Below are positions 30,233 to 40,162 of a stretch of 64,000 nt of DNA, piece by piece. The notes beneath the pieces were generated by a model. It made no database searches and was not told where the DNA came from. It saw only the letters and a program-made list of their open reading frames with translations. The position numbers and the translations under genes are program-made. Positions within the stretch are counted from its first letter, which is position 1; every line of letters begins with the position of its first letter. The stretch lies in contig NZ_DAMAGB010000003.1 of the NCBI RefSeq assembly GCF_031995485.1, positions 133,252-197,251 on the forward strand, read 5' to 3'. The stretch is from Janthinobacterium sp. (GTDB taxonomy: Bacteria; Pseudomonadota; Gammaproteobacteria; Burkholderiales; Burkholderiaceae_D).

Positions 30233-32263
30233 ATGCTGCTCCAGCATCTGCGCCGCCTTGTATTTGGCGGTTTCTGCCTGCTAGCCACCTGCGCGCTGGC
30301 AAGCGGTAATGCATTGGGTAACGCTGCAGCACCGCCGCCGCTGGCCGACTTCTTTGCCAATCCGGAATTCGGTTCGGTCCTGCTGTCGCCCGATGCACGC
30401 CACCTGGCCGTGCGCGTGCTGGGACCGAACGGACGCGAGCGGCTGGCCGTCGTCAATGTGGCGGACAACAGCATCAAGGTGGTGGCGCAGTTCGACGATG
30501 TCGACGTGGGCGAGGTGGAATGGGTCAATCCGCAGCGCCTGGTGTACGCCACGCGCGACCGCCAGAGCGCGCCGGGCGACCTGCGCTATGCGCCCGGCCT
30601 GTACGCCGTCAACCGCGACGGCAGCGAGTTTCGCCAGCTGGCCGAGCGGGGCTTCGCGCCCAACCTGTCGACCTCGATTTACAAGCCCTTGCCGTGGCAC
30701 ACTTACCTGACGGGCCAGCGCGGCGCGCAAAATTCCAACTTCATCCATGTGCGCAGCACCGTCTACACGGCCACGCGCGAGGTCGACTACACGGCCCTGC
30801 TGCGCCTTGATACGACGACCGGGCGCAGCACGCCCGTGACGCCGCCCGGCAAGGTGCGCCGCTGGCTGCTGGACCAGGATGGCGAACCGCGCCTGGCGGT
30901 GACCAAGGAACGCAATCTCGACACGATCCATTACCGCGACCCGGCCAGCGGCGCCTGGCGCCAGCTGGCCCGGTTCGATGCCTATCTCGGTGGCAAGGAT
31001 GCGTTTACTCCACTCGCCTTCGGCCCCGACGGCACGCTGTTCGTCAGTGCGCGCCTGGGCAGCGATACGCTGAACCTGCATGCATACGACCTGGCCGCCA
31101 ACCGCATCGATCCCGCGCCCGTGATGGCACTGCCCGGCTATGATTTCAAGGGCAGCCTGCTGCTGCGCCAGGGCAAGCTGCTCGGTGTGCGCTACCTGGC
31201 CGAGAAGACCGGCACGCGCTGGTTCGACCCGGCCATGGCCGCCACCCAGGCCGGCATCGACCGTGCGCTGCCGCAGACCGTCAACCTGATTTCCGTGGCG
31301 CCGAAAGGCGAGGCGCCGTTCATGGTGGTGACCTCATATGCGGACGTGCAGCCGGCCACCTTTTCCCTGCTCAACAGCGAAACTGGGCAGCTGACGCCGA
31401 TCGGCGCATCGCAGCCACGCATCAGGCCCGACCAGATGAGCACGCAACAGCTGGTGCATTACCCGGCGCGCGACGGCTTGCGCATTCCCGCCTGGCTGAC
31501 GGTGCCGAAACACAGCAGCGGCAAGAATCTGCCGCTGGTGGTGCTGGTGCATGGCGGCCCGTATGTGCGCGGCACGTCCTGGGAATGGGATGGCGAGGTG
31601 CAGTTCCTGGCCTCGCGCGGCTACGCCGTGCTGGAACCCGAGTACCGTGGCAGCACCGGTTTTGGCAGCAAGCATTTCCGGGCCGGCTGGAAGCAATGGG
31701 GCCTCAAGATGCAGGACGATATCGCCGACGGCGCCCGCTGGGCCATCGCACAGGGCGTGGCCGCCAGCGACCGCATCTGCATCGCCGGCGGCAGCTATGG
31801 CGGCTATGCCGCCCTGATGGGACTGGTCAACGATCCTGACTTGTACCGCTGCGGCATCGACCTGGTGGGCGTGACCGATATCGGCCTGCTGTACAGCGGT
31901 CACTGGAGCTTCGCCTCGGACATGAGCGACGACTGGAAGCAGTACGGCATGCCCGAGCTGATCGGCGACCCGCTCAAGGATGCCGCGCAGTTCAAGGCCA
32001 CTTCCCCGCTGGCCCAGGCGGCGCGCATCACCCAGCCGCTGCTGCTGGCCTATGGCGCGCAGGACCGGCGCGTGCCGCTGTACCACGGCAAGCAGTTTTA
32101 TGCGGCGGTCAGGGAACATAATCCGCAGGTGGAATGGGTGGTGTACGAGGAAGAAGGCCATGGCTGGTCGCTGCCGAAAAACCGCAACGACTTCTGGCGC
32201 CGCGCAGAACTTTTCCTGGACAAGCACATCGGAAAAGACCGCCCGGCGGCCAAACAGGAGTAG
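30233..32263 (+). CDS. S9 family serine peptidase (prolyl oligopeptidase / dipeptidyl aminopeptidase-like)
   Basis: Signal peptide, beta-propeller N-terminal half. Catalytic GGSYGGY, then AYGAQDRRVP and EGHGW. Confidence 0.88.
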   Translation: MLLQHLRRLVFGGFCLLATCALASGNALGNAAAPPPLADFFANPEFGSVLLSPDARHLAVRVLGPNGRERLAVVNVADNSIKVVAQFDDVDVGEVEWVNPQRLVYATRDRQSAPGDLRYAPGLYAVNRDGSEFRQLAERGFAPNLSTSIYKPLPWHTYLTGQRGAQNSNFIHVRSTVYTATREVDYTALLRLDTTTGRSTPVTPPGKVRRWLLDQDGEPRLAVTKERNLDTIHYRDPASGAWRQLARFDAYLGGKDAFTPLAFGPDGTLFVSARLGSDTLNLHAYDLAANRIDPAPVMALPGYDFKGSLLLRQGKLLGVRYLAEKTGTRWFDPAMAATQAGIDRALPQTVNLISVAPKGEAPFMVVTSYADVQPATFSLLNSETGQLTPIGASQPRIRPDQMSTQQLVHYPARDGLRIPAWLTVPKHSSGKNLPLVVLVHGGPYVRGTSWEWDGEVQFLASRGYAVLEPEYRGSTGFGSKHFRAGWKQWGLKMQDDIADGARWAIAQGVAASDRICIAGGSYGGYAALMGLVNDPDLYRCGIDLVGVTDIGLLYSGHWSFASDMSDDWKQYGMPELIGDPLKDAAQFKATSPLAQAARITQPLLLAYGAQDRRVPLYHGKQFYAAVREHNPQVEWVVYEEEGHGWSLPKNRNDFWRRAELFLDKHIGKDRPAAKQE

Positions 32264-32296
32264 GCTGGAGGGCCGAACCACTTGCAAGGAAATGCC

Positions 32297-33511
32297 ATGC
32301 CGTCCGGAAAAATTCTTGTTGCGCAAGGTGGCGGACCCACCGCCGTCATCAACCAGTCGCTGGTGGGCGTGGTGCTCGAATCGCGCCGTTTCCAGCACGT
32401 CACGCGCGTGTATGGCGCGCTGCACGGCGTGCGCGGCATTATCAACGAAGACTTTGTCGACCTGACGCAGGAAACCAGCCACAACCTCGAACTGGTGGCC
32501 GCCACGCCGTCGTCGGCGCTGGGCTCCACGCGCGACAAGCCCGATATCGCCTACTGCCAGCAAATCTTCGAAGTGCTGCGCGCGCACGAAATCGAGCACT
32601 TCTTTTATATCGGCGGCAATGATTCGTCCGACACGGTGCGCATCGTCAGCGAAGAGGCGCAAAAGGCCGGCTATCCGCTGCGCTGCATCCATATCCCGAA
32701 AACCATCGACAACGACCTGGTCGGCAGCGACCATACGCCAGGCTTCCCCTCGGCCGCGCGTTTCGTGGCGCAGGCGTTTGCCGGCGCCAATCTCGACAAC
32801 GCCGCCCTGCCCGGCGTGTACGTGGGCGTGGTAATGGGCCGGCATGCGGGCTTTCTGACGGCCGCCTCCGCGCTGGGCAAGAAATTTCCCGACGACGGCC
32901 CGCACCTGATCTACGTGCCGGAGCGCACGTTCGTGCTGGAACAGTTCCTGGCCGATGTAAAAGCCGTGTACGAAAAACACGGCCGCTGCGTGATCGCCGT
33001 CTCGGAAGGCATCCACGATGCGTCCGGCGAGCCGATCGCCAGCCTGCTGGCCAAGGAGGTAGAGCGCGACGCGCACGGCAATGTGCAGTTGTCCGGCACC
33101 GGCGCGCTGGCCGACCTGCTGTGCGACGAAATCAAGGTCAAGCTGGGCATCAAGCGCGTGCGCGGCGACACCTTCGGCTATCTGCAACGCTCGTTTATCG
33201 GCTGCGTGTCGGATGTGGACCAGCGCGAAGCGCGCGAGGTCGGCGAAAAAGCGGTGCAATACGCGATGTGGGGCGAGCGCGACGGCTCGGTCGCCATCAA
33301 GCGCACGGGCTTTTATTCGGTCGACTACGAATTGCTGCCCCTGACCGATGTGGCGGGCAAAACGCGCACCATGGACGACGCATTCATCAGCGACAGCGGC
33401 ACCGATGTGACGGACGCGTTCCGCCTGTACCTGCGTCCGCTGCTGGGCTCGAAAATGCCGGATGCGTTCCGGCTGCGCTGCGCCAGGGTGGCGAAGATCC
33501 TCAAGCCCTGA
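32297..33511 (+). CDS. pfp: diphosphate--fructose-6-phosphate 1-phosphotransferase (PPi-dependent PFK)
   Basis: IGGNDS (Asp where ATP-PFKs have GGDGS) and PKTIDND (Lys where ATP-PFKs have Gly). SD AAGGA before ATG 32297. Confidence 0.85.
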   Translation: MPSGKILVAQGGGPTAVINQSLVGVVLESRRFQHVTRVYGALHGVRGIINEDFVDLTQETSHNLELVAATPSSALGSTRDKPDIAYCQQIFEVLRAHEIEHFFYIGGNDSSDTVRIVSEEAQKAGYPLRCIHIPKTIDNDLVGSDHTPGFPSAARFVAQAFAGANLDNAALPGVYVGVVMGRHAGFLTAASALGKKFPDDGPHLIYVPERTFVLEQFLADVKAVYEKHGRCVIAVSEGIHDASGEPIASLLAKEVERDAHGNVQLSGTGALADLLCDEIKVKLGIKRVRGDTFGYLQRSFIGCVSDVDQREAREVGEKAVQYAMWGERDGSVAIKRTGFYSVDYELLPLTDVAGKTRTMDDAFISDSGTDVTDAFRLYLRPLLGSKMPDAFRLRCARVAKILKP

Positions 33512-33524
33512 ATGCTGCAGGCGT

Positions 33525-33558
33525 AAAAAAAGCAGGCTGTTTCAAAGCCTGCTTTTTT
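33525..33558. terminator. bidirectional intrinsic terminator between pfp and purM
   Basis: AAAAAA-AGCAGGCT-(7-nt loop)-AGCCTGCT-TTTTT. Confidence 0.85.
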
Positions 33559-33576
33559 CATTGACGCGTGGAACGC

Positions 33577-34620
33577 TCAGATCACAATCGTTTGATGCTC
33601 GTCGCCCACTTGCGCGCGGATCTTGCCGATGGTGTAGACGATCTCGCCCGCTTCTTCCAGCTGCTCGATGGCCGCTGCGGCGTTCTCGGCCGAGACGATC
33701 ACGGTCATGCCGATGCCGCAGTTGAAGACGCGGTGCATTTCGGCATCGGCCACGCCGCCATGCTGTTGCAGCCAGGTGAACAGCGGTGGCATGGTCCACG
33801 ATGTGGAGTCCAGCTCGGCCACCAGGCCAGGCTGCAGCACGCGTGGAATGTTTTCCACCAGGCCGCCGCCGGTGATGTGCACCATGCCCTTGACTTCCAT
33901 CGAAGCCATCAGCGCCAGCAGCGGCTTGACGTAGATGCGCGTTGGCTGCATCAGCACGTCGGCCAGCTTGCGGCCGTGGAAGTCGCCTTCCAGGTCCGGT
34001 TTCGCCACTTCGATGATCTTGCGCACCAGCGAGTAACCGTTCGAGTGCACGCCCGACGAGGCCAGGCCCAGCACCACGTCGCCCGGAGCGATCTTGGTGC
34101 CGTCGATGATATTGGCTTTTTCCACTGCGCCCACGGCAAAGCCCGCCAGGTCGTATTCACCGGCCGGGTACATGCTCGGCATTTCCGCCGTTTCGCCGCC
34201 GATCAGCGCGCAGCCGGCCTGTTCGCAACCCTGGGCGATGCCCTTGATGACGTCGGTGGCGATCGCCACGTCGAGCTTGCCGCAAGCGAAGTAGTCGAGG
34301 AAGAACAGCGGTTCGGCGCCTTGCACCAGGATGTCGTTGACGCTCATGGCGACCAGGTCGATGCCGACCGTGTCATGGCGGTTCAGTTCGAACGCCAGGC
34401 GCAGCTTGGTGCCCACGCCGTCGGTGCCCGACACCAGCACCGGCTCCTTGTACTTCTTGCTGATTTCGAACATGGCGCCGAAACCGCCCAGGCCGCCCAT
34501 CACGCCTTCGCGCATGGTGCGCTTGGCGTAAGGCTTGATTGCTTCGACTAAAGCGTCGCCTGCGTCGATATCGACGCCAGCGTCACGGTAGGAAAGGGAA
34601 ACATTAGAGGTCTGGTTCAT
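33577..34620 (-). CDS. purM: phosphoribosylformylglycinamidine cyclo-ligase
   Basis: [20 protein letters not shown] and GGETAEMP motifs. Start at MNQTSNV (34620). Confidence 0.95.
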   Translation of the reverse strand: MNQTSNVSLSYRDAGVDIDAGDALVEAIKPYAKRTMREGVMGGLGGFGAMFEISKKYKEPVLVSGTDGVGTKLRLAFELNRHDTVGIDLVAMSVNDILVQGAEPLFFLDYFACGKLDVAIATDVIKGIAQGCEQAGCALIGGETAEMPSMYPAGEYDLAGFAVGAVEKANIIDGTKIAPGDVVLGLASSGVHSNGYSLVRKIIEVAKPDLEGDFHGRKLADVLMQPTRIYVKPLLALMASMEVKGMVHITGGGLVENIPRVLQPGLVAELDSTSWTMPPLFTWLQQHGGVADAEMHRVFNCGIGMTVIVSAENAAAAIEQLEEAGEIVYTIGKIRAQVGDEHQTIVI

Positions 34621-34990
34621 GGTGTGGTGGCAGCGGAGGCGGTAAAATAGAAGGCGGAATAGAAGGCGGATATCGAAGGACACGCCCGCGCATGCAAGGC
34701 CTGAAACAGGACTTCAAATCTCATGCGAGCGGCGCGCCAGCCGGTCAATCCGGTCGATCAAGACGCTATTTTATCAAACTGACCCCTGAGTTTGTAATTA
34801 ACTGCCTTTTTTTAACGCAAAATCGGAAACTTCATTGCCGTGGCTGCGACGGATGGCCGCTTTCACGCATCTAAGACGCCACTACCTGTCGTGCAGCTTC
34901 TATAATGCATGATTAAAAGCGTCTATCATATCAACATCACAACACTCGCGATGCATACGCAGTAATGAAAAACAGGACAAGGCGTACGCC

Positions 34991-35659
34991 ATGAAACAAC
35001 TGGTGCTCGATCTAGGCACAGAGCAGGCGCACAGCCTCGATACCTTCGAGGTGGGACAGAATGCCGAAGTGGCGCAGCTGATGCGCCAGTTCGCCGCGCG
35101 CACGTCGCGCGAACATTTTGCCTATCTGTGGGGCGAACTGGCGGCCGGCAAGAGCCATCTGCTCAAGGCCCTGGCCAGCACCGAGCGCGCGCGCTATATC
35201 TCGCCGTTCTCGATCGAGTCCGAATTCGTGTATTCCCCCGAGGTCGACCTGTACCTGCTCGACGACTGCGAAAAACTCTCGCCGCTGGCGCAGATCGACG
35301 CGTTTGCCCTGTTCAATGAAATCCGCGCCAACCAGGCCTACATGGTGTGCAGCGGCGCCGTGCCGCCGGCCGTGCTGCCGGTGCGCGAAGACCTGCGCAC
35401 GCGCATGGGCTGGGGCCTGATCTACCAGATCCATGGCCTGACGGACGATGAAAAGATCGCCGCGCTGACCCAGGCTGCCACCACCCGCGGCTTGACCTTG
35501 TCGCCGGGCGTGTTACCCTATCTGCTGTCCCATTTCCGGCGCGACATGCGTTCGCTGTCGACGATGCTGGACTCACTCGACCTCTACTCCCTTGAAACCC
35601 AACGTCCGATCACCTTGCCCTTGTTGCGCGAGTTGTTGCAGGCGGAAGCGAAAGAATGA
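34991..35659 (+). CDS. hda: DnaA regulatory inactivator Hda
   Basis: About 220-aa DnaA-domain-III-like protein. LWGELAAGKSHLL and LLDDCE (Walker A/B-like). Confidence 0.88.
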   Translation: MKQLVLDLGTEQAHSLDTFEVGQNAEVAQLMRQFAARTSREHFAYLWGELAAGKSHLLKALASTERARYISPFSIESEFVYSPEVDLYLLDDCEKLSPLAQIDAFALFNEIRANQAYMVCSGAVPPAVLPVREDLRTRMGWGLIYQIHGLTDDEKIAALTQAATTRGLTLSPGVLPYLLSHFRRDMRSLSTMLDSLDLYSLETQRPITLPLLRELLQAEAKE

Positions 35660-36330
35660 TGAATCTGGCCCTGTTTGACCTCGACCATACCCTGCTGCCC
35701 ATCGACTCCGATCACGAGTGGGGCGAATTCCTGGTACGCGCCGGCGTGGTGGACGCCGCCGAATTCACCCGCCGCAACGACGGCTTTTTTGCCCAGTACC
35801 AGGCCGGCACGCTGGACGCCGTGGAATACCTGGAATTCGCGCTGGGCAACCTGGCGCAATTCCCGCGCGCGCGCCTCGACGAACTGCATGCGCAGTTCAT
35901 GCAGGAAGTGGTGCTGCCGGCGATCCGTCCCGAAGTGCTGGCGCTGCTGAAACAGCACCAGGACGCGGGCGACCTGATCGCCATCGTCACGGCCACCAAC
36001 CAGTTCGTCACCAAGCCGATCGCCGCCGCGCTCGGCGTCGAGCACCTGATCGCCGCCATGCCGGAATACGACGAAGCCGGCAATGTCACGGGCAAACTGA
36101 TCGGCACGCCGACGCTGGGCGCCGGCAAGCTGACCCACACCCACGCCTGGCTGGAAAAGCTGGGCAAGGAACTGGGCCATTTCGAGCGCAGCTATTTCTA
36201 CAGCGATTCGCATAACGACATTCCCCTGCTGTCGGTGGTGACCCATCCCGTCGCGACCAACCCCAACGCCGCCTTGAGCGCACACGCATCCCTCCACGGC
36301 TGGCCATCACTTCACTTATTCAATGATTAA
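35656..36330 (+). CDS. HAD-IB family hydrolase (phosphoserine phosphatase-like)
   Basis: FDLDHTLL (DxDxT), VTATN, YSDSHNDIPLL. ATGA-coupled to hda. Confidence 0.85.
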   Translation: MMNLALFDLDHTLLPIDSDHEWGEFLVRAGVVDAAEFTRRNDGFFAQYQAGTLDAVEYLEFALGNLAQFPRARLDELHAQFMQEVVLPAIRPEVLALLKQHQDAGDLIAIVTATNQFVTKPIAAALGVEHLIAAMPEYDEAGNVTGKLIGTPTLGAGKLTHTHAWLEKLGKELGHFERSYFYSDSHNDIPLLSVVTHPVATNPNAALSAHASLHGWPSLHLFND

Positions 36331-37693
36331 AAAATTCATCCGCAAGATCCTCGGCGTTAAAAAAGAGGCAGCGCGCGACACCACGGTAGCCACCGTGCTC
36401 GGTCCCGCGCAACACGGAATCGATCCGAAACTGGTGACCTCGAACGCCATCCGCGTCACCAGCAGCCTGCAGGAAGCGGGCTTCGAAGCGTTCGTGGTGG
36501 GCGGCGCCGTGCGCGACCTGCTGCTGGGCGTCAAACCCAAGGACTTCGACATCGCCACCAACGCCACGCCGGAACAGGTCAAGCGCTTGTTCCGCCGCGC
36601 CTTCATCATCGGCAAGCGCTTCCAGATCGTGCACGTGATGTTCGGCCAGGACCTGCTGGAAGTGACGACCTTCCGCGGCGCCGGCGCCGACTCGGCGCCG
36701 AAAGATGAACATGGCCGCGTGCTGCGCGACAATACCTTCGGCCTGCAGCACGAAGACGCGCTGCGCCGCGACTTCACCATCAACGCCATGTACTACAACC
36801 CGGCCACGCAGGAAGTGCTGGACTACCATGGCGGCGTGGAAGACATCCGCGCCAGGACGCTGCGCATGATCGGCAAGCCCGAAGAGCGCTACCGCGAAGA
36901 CCCGGTGCGCATGCTGCGCGTGGTGCGCTTTGCAGCCAAGCTCAAATTCGACATCGAACCGCATACGGCCGAACCGATCGCCATCATGGCGCCGCTGATC
37001 AACAATGTGCCGGCGCCGCGCGTGTTCGACGAAATGCTCAAATTGCTGATGAGCGGCCATGCGCTGGCCTGCCTGCAGCAGCTGCGCAAGGAAGGCCTGC
37101 ATCACGGTCTGCTGCCGCTGCTCGACGTGGTGCTGGAGCAGCCGCTGGGCGCGAAATTCGTCACGCTGGCGCTGGACGCCACCGATCAACGCATCGCCGC
37201 CGGCAAGACCGTGTCGCCGGGCTTTTTGTTTGCCTCGCTGCTGTGGCACCAGGTGCTGGAAAAATGGACTGCCTACCGCGCCGCCGGAGAGTCGACGATA
37301 CCCGCGCTGCACCTGGCGGCCGACGACGTGCTCGATTCGCAGACGGAAAAACTGGCGCTGCAGCGCAAGATCGGCTCGGACATGCGCGATATCTGGTCGA
37401 TGCAGCCGAGATTTGAACGCCGCGTCGGCAAGGCGCCGCATAAATTGCTCGAGCATTTGCGCTTCCGTGCCGGCTACGACTTCCTGCTGCTGCGCTGCGC
37501 CTCGGGCGAGATCGAGATGGAAATCGGCGAGTGGTGGACCGCGTTCTACGAAGGCGATGAAGAGACGCGCGAAGCGCTGCTGGCCAGTGCCAATGCCGCA
37601 CCCGGCGCCGTCAAGAAAAAGCGTCCGCCACGCCGCGGCACGCGCAGCAAGACCAGTGCGGCCAGCACCAGCGGCAGCACCCACGAGGAGTAA
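36323..37693 (+). CDS. pcnB: poly(A) polymerase I
   Basis: VVGGAVRDLLLG, DFDIATNA and RRDFTINAMYY motifs. Basic C-terminal tail. Confidence 0.93.
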   Translation: MIKKFIRKILGVKKEAARDTTVATVLGPAQHGIDPKLVTSNAIRVTSSLQEAGFEAFVVGGAVRDLLLGVKPKDFDIATNATPEQVKRLFRRAFIIGKRFQIVHVMFGQDLLEVTTFRGAGADSAPKDEHGRVLRDNTFGLQHEDALRRDFTINAMYYNPATQEVLDYHGGVEDIRARTLRMIGKPEERYREDPVRMLRVVRFAAKLKFDIEPHTAEPIAIMAPLINNVPAPRVFDEMLKLLMSGHALACLQQLRKEGLHHGLLPLLDVVLEQPLGAKFVTLALDATDQRIAAGKTVSPGFLFASLLWHQVLEKWTAYRAAGESTIPALHLAADDVLDSQTEKLALQRKIGSDMRDIWSMQPRFERRVGKAPHKLLEHLRFRAGYDFLLLRCASGEIEMEIGEWWTAFYEGDEETREALLASANAAPGAVKKKRPPRRGTRSKTSAASTSGSTHEE

Positions 37694-37701
37694 TCAGCGT
37701 C

Positions 37702-38181
37702 ATGGCGCAGGTAACCGCTTACATCGGCATCGGGGCCAACCTGGGCGATGCGCGCGCGAACGTCGCCGACGCCATCGCGCGCCTGGCGCACCTGCCCGGC
37801 GCCACGCTCGTCGCTGCCTCGGCCAGCTACCGCACGGCGCCCATCGATTCGAGCGGCGACGACTATATCAACGCCGTGGCGCGCATCACCACTACCCTGC
37901 CGGCCGAAGCACTGCTGCTGGCGCTGCACGCGATCGAAGCGGCGCACGGCCGCGAACGCCCCTACCGCAATGCGCCCCGCACGCTGGACCTGGACCTGCT
38001 GCTGTATGGCGCGGAACAGATTGCCAGCACCACCTTGACGGTGCCGCATCCGCGCCTTACCGAGCGCGCCTTCGTGCTGGTGCCGCTGCTGGAGCTGGCG
38101 CCGGCGATTACCGTGCCGGGCAAAGGTGCGGCCAGCGATTATCTCGCTGGCGTGGCCGGCCAGGCCATCAGCCGGCTCTGA
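37702..38181 (+). CDS. folK: 2-amino-4-hydroxy-6-hydroxymethyldihydropteridine diphosphokinase
   Basis: YIGIGANLG, RTLDLDLLLYG, PHPRLTERAFVLVPL. Confidence 0.93.
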   Translation: MAQVTAYIGIGANLGDARANVADAIARLAHLPGATLVAASASYRTAPIDSSGDDYINAVARITTTLPAEALLLALHAIEAAHGRERPYRNAPRTLDLDLLLYGAEQIASTTLTVPHPRLTERAFVLVPLLELAPAITVPGKGAASDYLAGVAGQAISRL

Positions 38182-38278
38182 CATTCCCGTCAAGCTTGCT
38201 CTACAATGCCGCCCTGCGCGGCGCGGCATAAAGGTCTACACTAGCGGCGTCGTACCCCTTTTACTCTAGAGAATACCT

Positions 38279-39160
38279 ATGTCCGCTTATTTGCAAGGAA
38301 CCGATCTGGCCGCCAAAGAGAAGGCCGGTGCACCTGCGCCCGCCCCGGCGCCATCCAAGCCTGTCGCCAACAAGGCCGTGACCATCCACACGCTGGCCAC
38401 CCTGCGCGCCGCCGGCGAAAAGATCTCCATGCTGACCTGCTACGACGCCAGCTTCGCGTCGCTGATGGACCGCTGCGGCGTCGAGATCCTGCTGATCGGC
38501 GATTCGCTCGGCATGGTCTGCAATGGCCACAATTCCACCCTGCCCGTCACGGTGGCCGAAATGGCGTATCACACGGCGTCGGTGGCGCGCGGCAGCAAGA
38601 GCGCCATGGTGATGGCCGACCTGCCGTTCGGCGCGTATGGCACGCTGGAGACGGCCTACGCCAACGCCGTGATCCTGATGCAGGCCGGCGCGCACATGAT
38701 CAAGATCGAAGGCGGCGCCTGGCTGGCCGACACGGTCAAATTCCTGACCGAGCGCGGCATCCCCATCTGCGCCCATATCGGCCTGACGCCGCAGTCGGTG
38801 CACCAGCTGGGCGGCTATAAAGTGCAGGGCAAGAGCACGGAAAGCGCCACGGAACTCAAGAACGACGCGCTGGCGCTGCAGAACGCGGGCGCCGCCATCG
38901 TGCTGATGGAAGCGATGCCGGCGCAATTGGGCAAGGAAGTGACCGAGATGCTGACGATTCCGACCATCGGCATCGGTGCCGGTCCCGACTGCTCGGGCCA
39001 GGTACTGGTCATGCACGACATGCTGGGCGTATTCCCGGGCCGCAAAGCGCGCTTCGTGCGCAACTTCATGGAAGGCGCGAGCAGCATCGACGAGGCCGTG
39101 ATCGGCTATGTCAAAGCCGTCAAGGATGGCAGTTTCCCGGCGCTGGAACACTGCTTCTGA
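38279..39160 (+). CDS. panB: 3-methyl-2-oxobutanoate hydroxymethyltransferase
   Basis: [22 protein letters not shown]. Confidence 0.95.
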   Translation: MSAYLQGTDLAAKEKAGAPAPAPAPSKPVANKAVTIHTLATLRAAGEKISMLTCYDASFASLMDRCGVEILLIGDSLGMVCNGHNSTLPVTVAEMAYHTASVARGSKSAMVMADLPFGAYGTLETAYANAVILMQAGAHMIKIEGGAWLADTVKFLTERGIPICAHIGLTPQSVHQLGGYKVQGKSTESATELKNDALALQNAGAAIVLMEAMPAQLGKEVTEMLTIPTIGIGAGPDCSGQVLVMHDMLGVFPGRKARFVRNFMEGASSIDEAVIGYVKAVKDGSFPALEHCF

Positions 39161-39172
39161 TGTAGCTTGCCT

Positions 39173-39266
39173 GTCGGCTTGCGCGCTGCGCGCCAAGCCG
39201 ACCTGCGAAACCATCCATGCCGTAGGTCGGGTAGGTCGGATTAGGCCGCAGGCCGTAATCCGACAC
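39173..39266. repeat. REP/BIME-like pair with duplicated 9-nt head
   Basis: Inverted unit 39173-39206 (GTCGGCTTGCGCGCTGCGCGCCAAGCCGACCTGC). Direct unit 39231-39266 (GTAGGTCGGATTAGGCCGCAGGCCGTAATCCGACAC), preceded by an extra GTAGGTCGG (39222-39230). Confidence 0.8.
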
Positions 39267-39310
39267 CACCACCAGCCTCAAACAACACACTTCCCCCGCC
39301 CGATAGCAGC

Positions 39311-40162
39311 CTACCCCTGGTCGAGCATATACGCCGCCGACATCTGCCGCCGGCGCCGGCGCTCGCTGCGCGCCAGCATCACGGCATAGATAATCACGGC
39401 AATCGTCACCACCAGGATCGTCAGCGCGGCAATCGCGTTCACCCGCGGATCGAGCCCCAGCCGCGCGCGCGAAAAGATCACCAGCGGCATGGTGGTGGAA
39501 CCGGGGCCAGACAAAAACGCCGACAGCACCACGTCGTCCAGCGACAGCGTAAATGTGAGCAGCCAGCTTGATGCCAGCGCCTGCGTGATATTGGGCAGCG
39601 TCACCAGGAAAAACACCTGGTGCGCGCGGCAGCCCAGGTCCATCGCCGCTTCGCTCAGGGACTTGCTCATCTCCTGCAGCCGCGACTGCACCACCACGGT
39701 GGCATAGGCCATGCCCAGCAGGGTGTGGCCCAGCCAGATGGTCGCCACGCCGCGTTCAGGGAAGCCGAACACCTTCTGCATCGACACCAGCATCAGCAGC
39801 AGCGACAGGCCGATAATCACTTCGGGCATGACCAGCGGCGCGCTGACCATGGACGAGAACAGCGTGCGGCCCCTGAAGCGCTGGTAGCTGGTCAGCGCAA
39901 AGGCGGCAAAAGTACCGAGGATGACAGACGACGTGGCCGACATGAAGGCGATCTTCAGCGACAGGCCGAAACCCGAAATGATCTCCGTATCGCTCATCAG
40001 CTCCTGGTACCAGCGCAGGGAAAAACCGGTCCATACCATGTCCTGGCGCGAGCTGTTGAACGAGAACACGACCAGCACGATGATGGGCAGGTAGAGGAAC
40101 AGATAGCCGAGCGACAGCCAGCCACGGCCGAACCAGCGCTGCAGGAAAGTACGCCCGTTCAT
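39311..40162 (-). CDS. polyamine ABC transporter permease (PotC/PotI/SpuH-like)
   Basis: Six-helix BPD-transporter permease with EAAMDLG motif. Overlaps the upstream permease stop by 4 nt. Confidence 0.88.
   Translation of the reverse strand: MNGRTFLQRWFGRGWLSLGYLFLYLPIIVLVVFSFNSSRQDMVWTGFSLRWYQELMSDTEIISGFGLSLKIAFMSATSSVILGTFAAFALTSYQRFRGRTLFSSMVSAPLVMPEVIIGLSLLLMLVSMQKVFGFPERGVATIWLGHTLLGMAYATVVVQSRLQEMSKSLSEAAMDLGCRAHQVFFLVTLPNITQALASSWLLTFTLSLDDVVLSAFLSGPGSTTMPLVIFSRARLGLDPRVNAIAALTILVVTIAVIIYAVMLARSERRRRRQMSAAYMLDQG

Noticed and set aside
34621-34990. ZTP/pfl or other purine-related riboswitch in the 370-bp purM-hda intergenic region
   Set aside because: A CUGGCG-like fragment is present, but the conserved 3' CCGCCUGGGC pseudoknot partner and the other pfl helices could not be found. 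The CCGCC repeats end in UUCUAUU, not GGGC.
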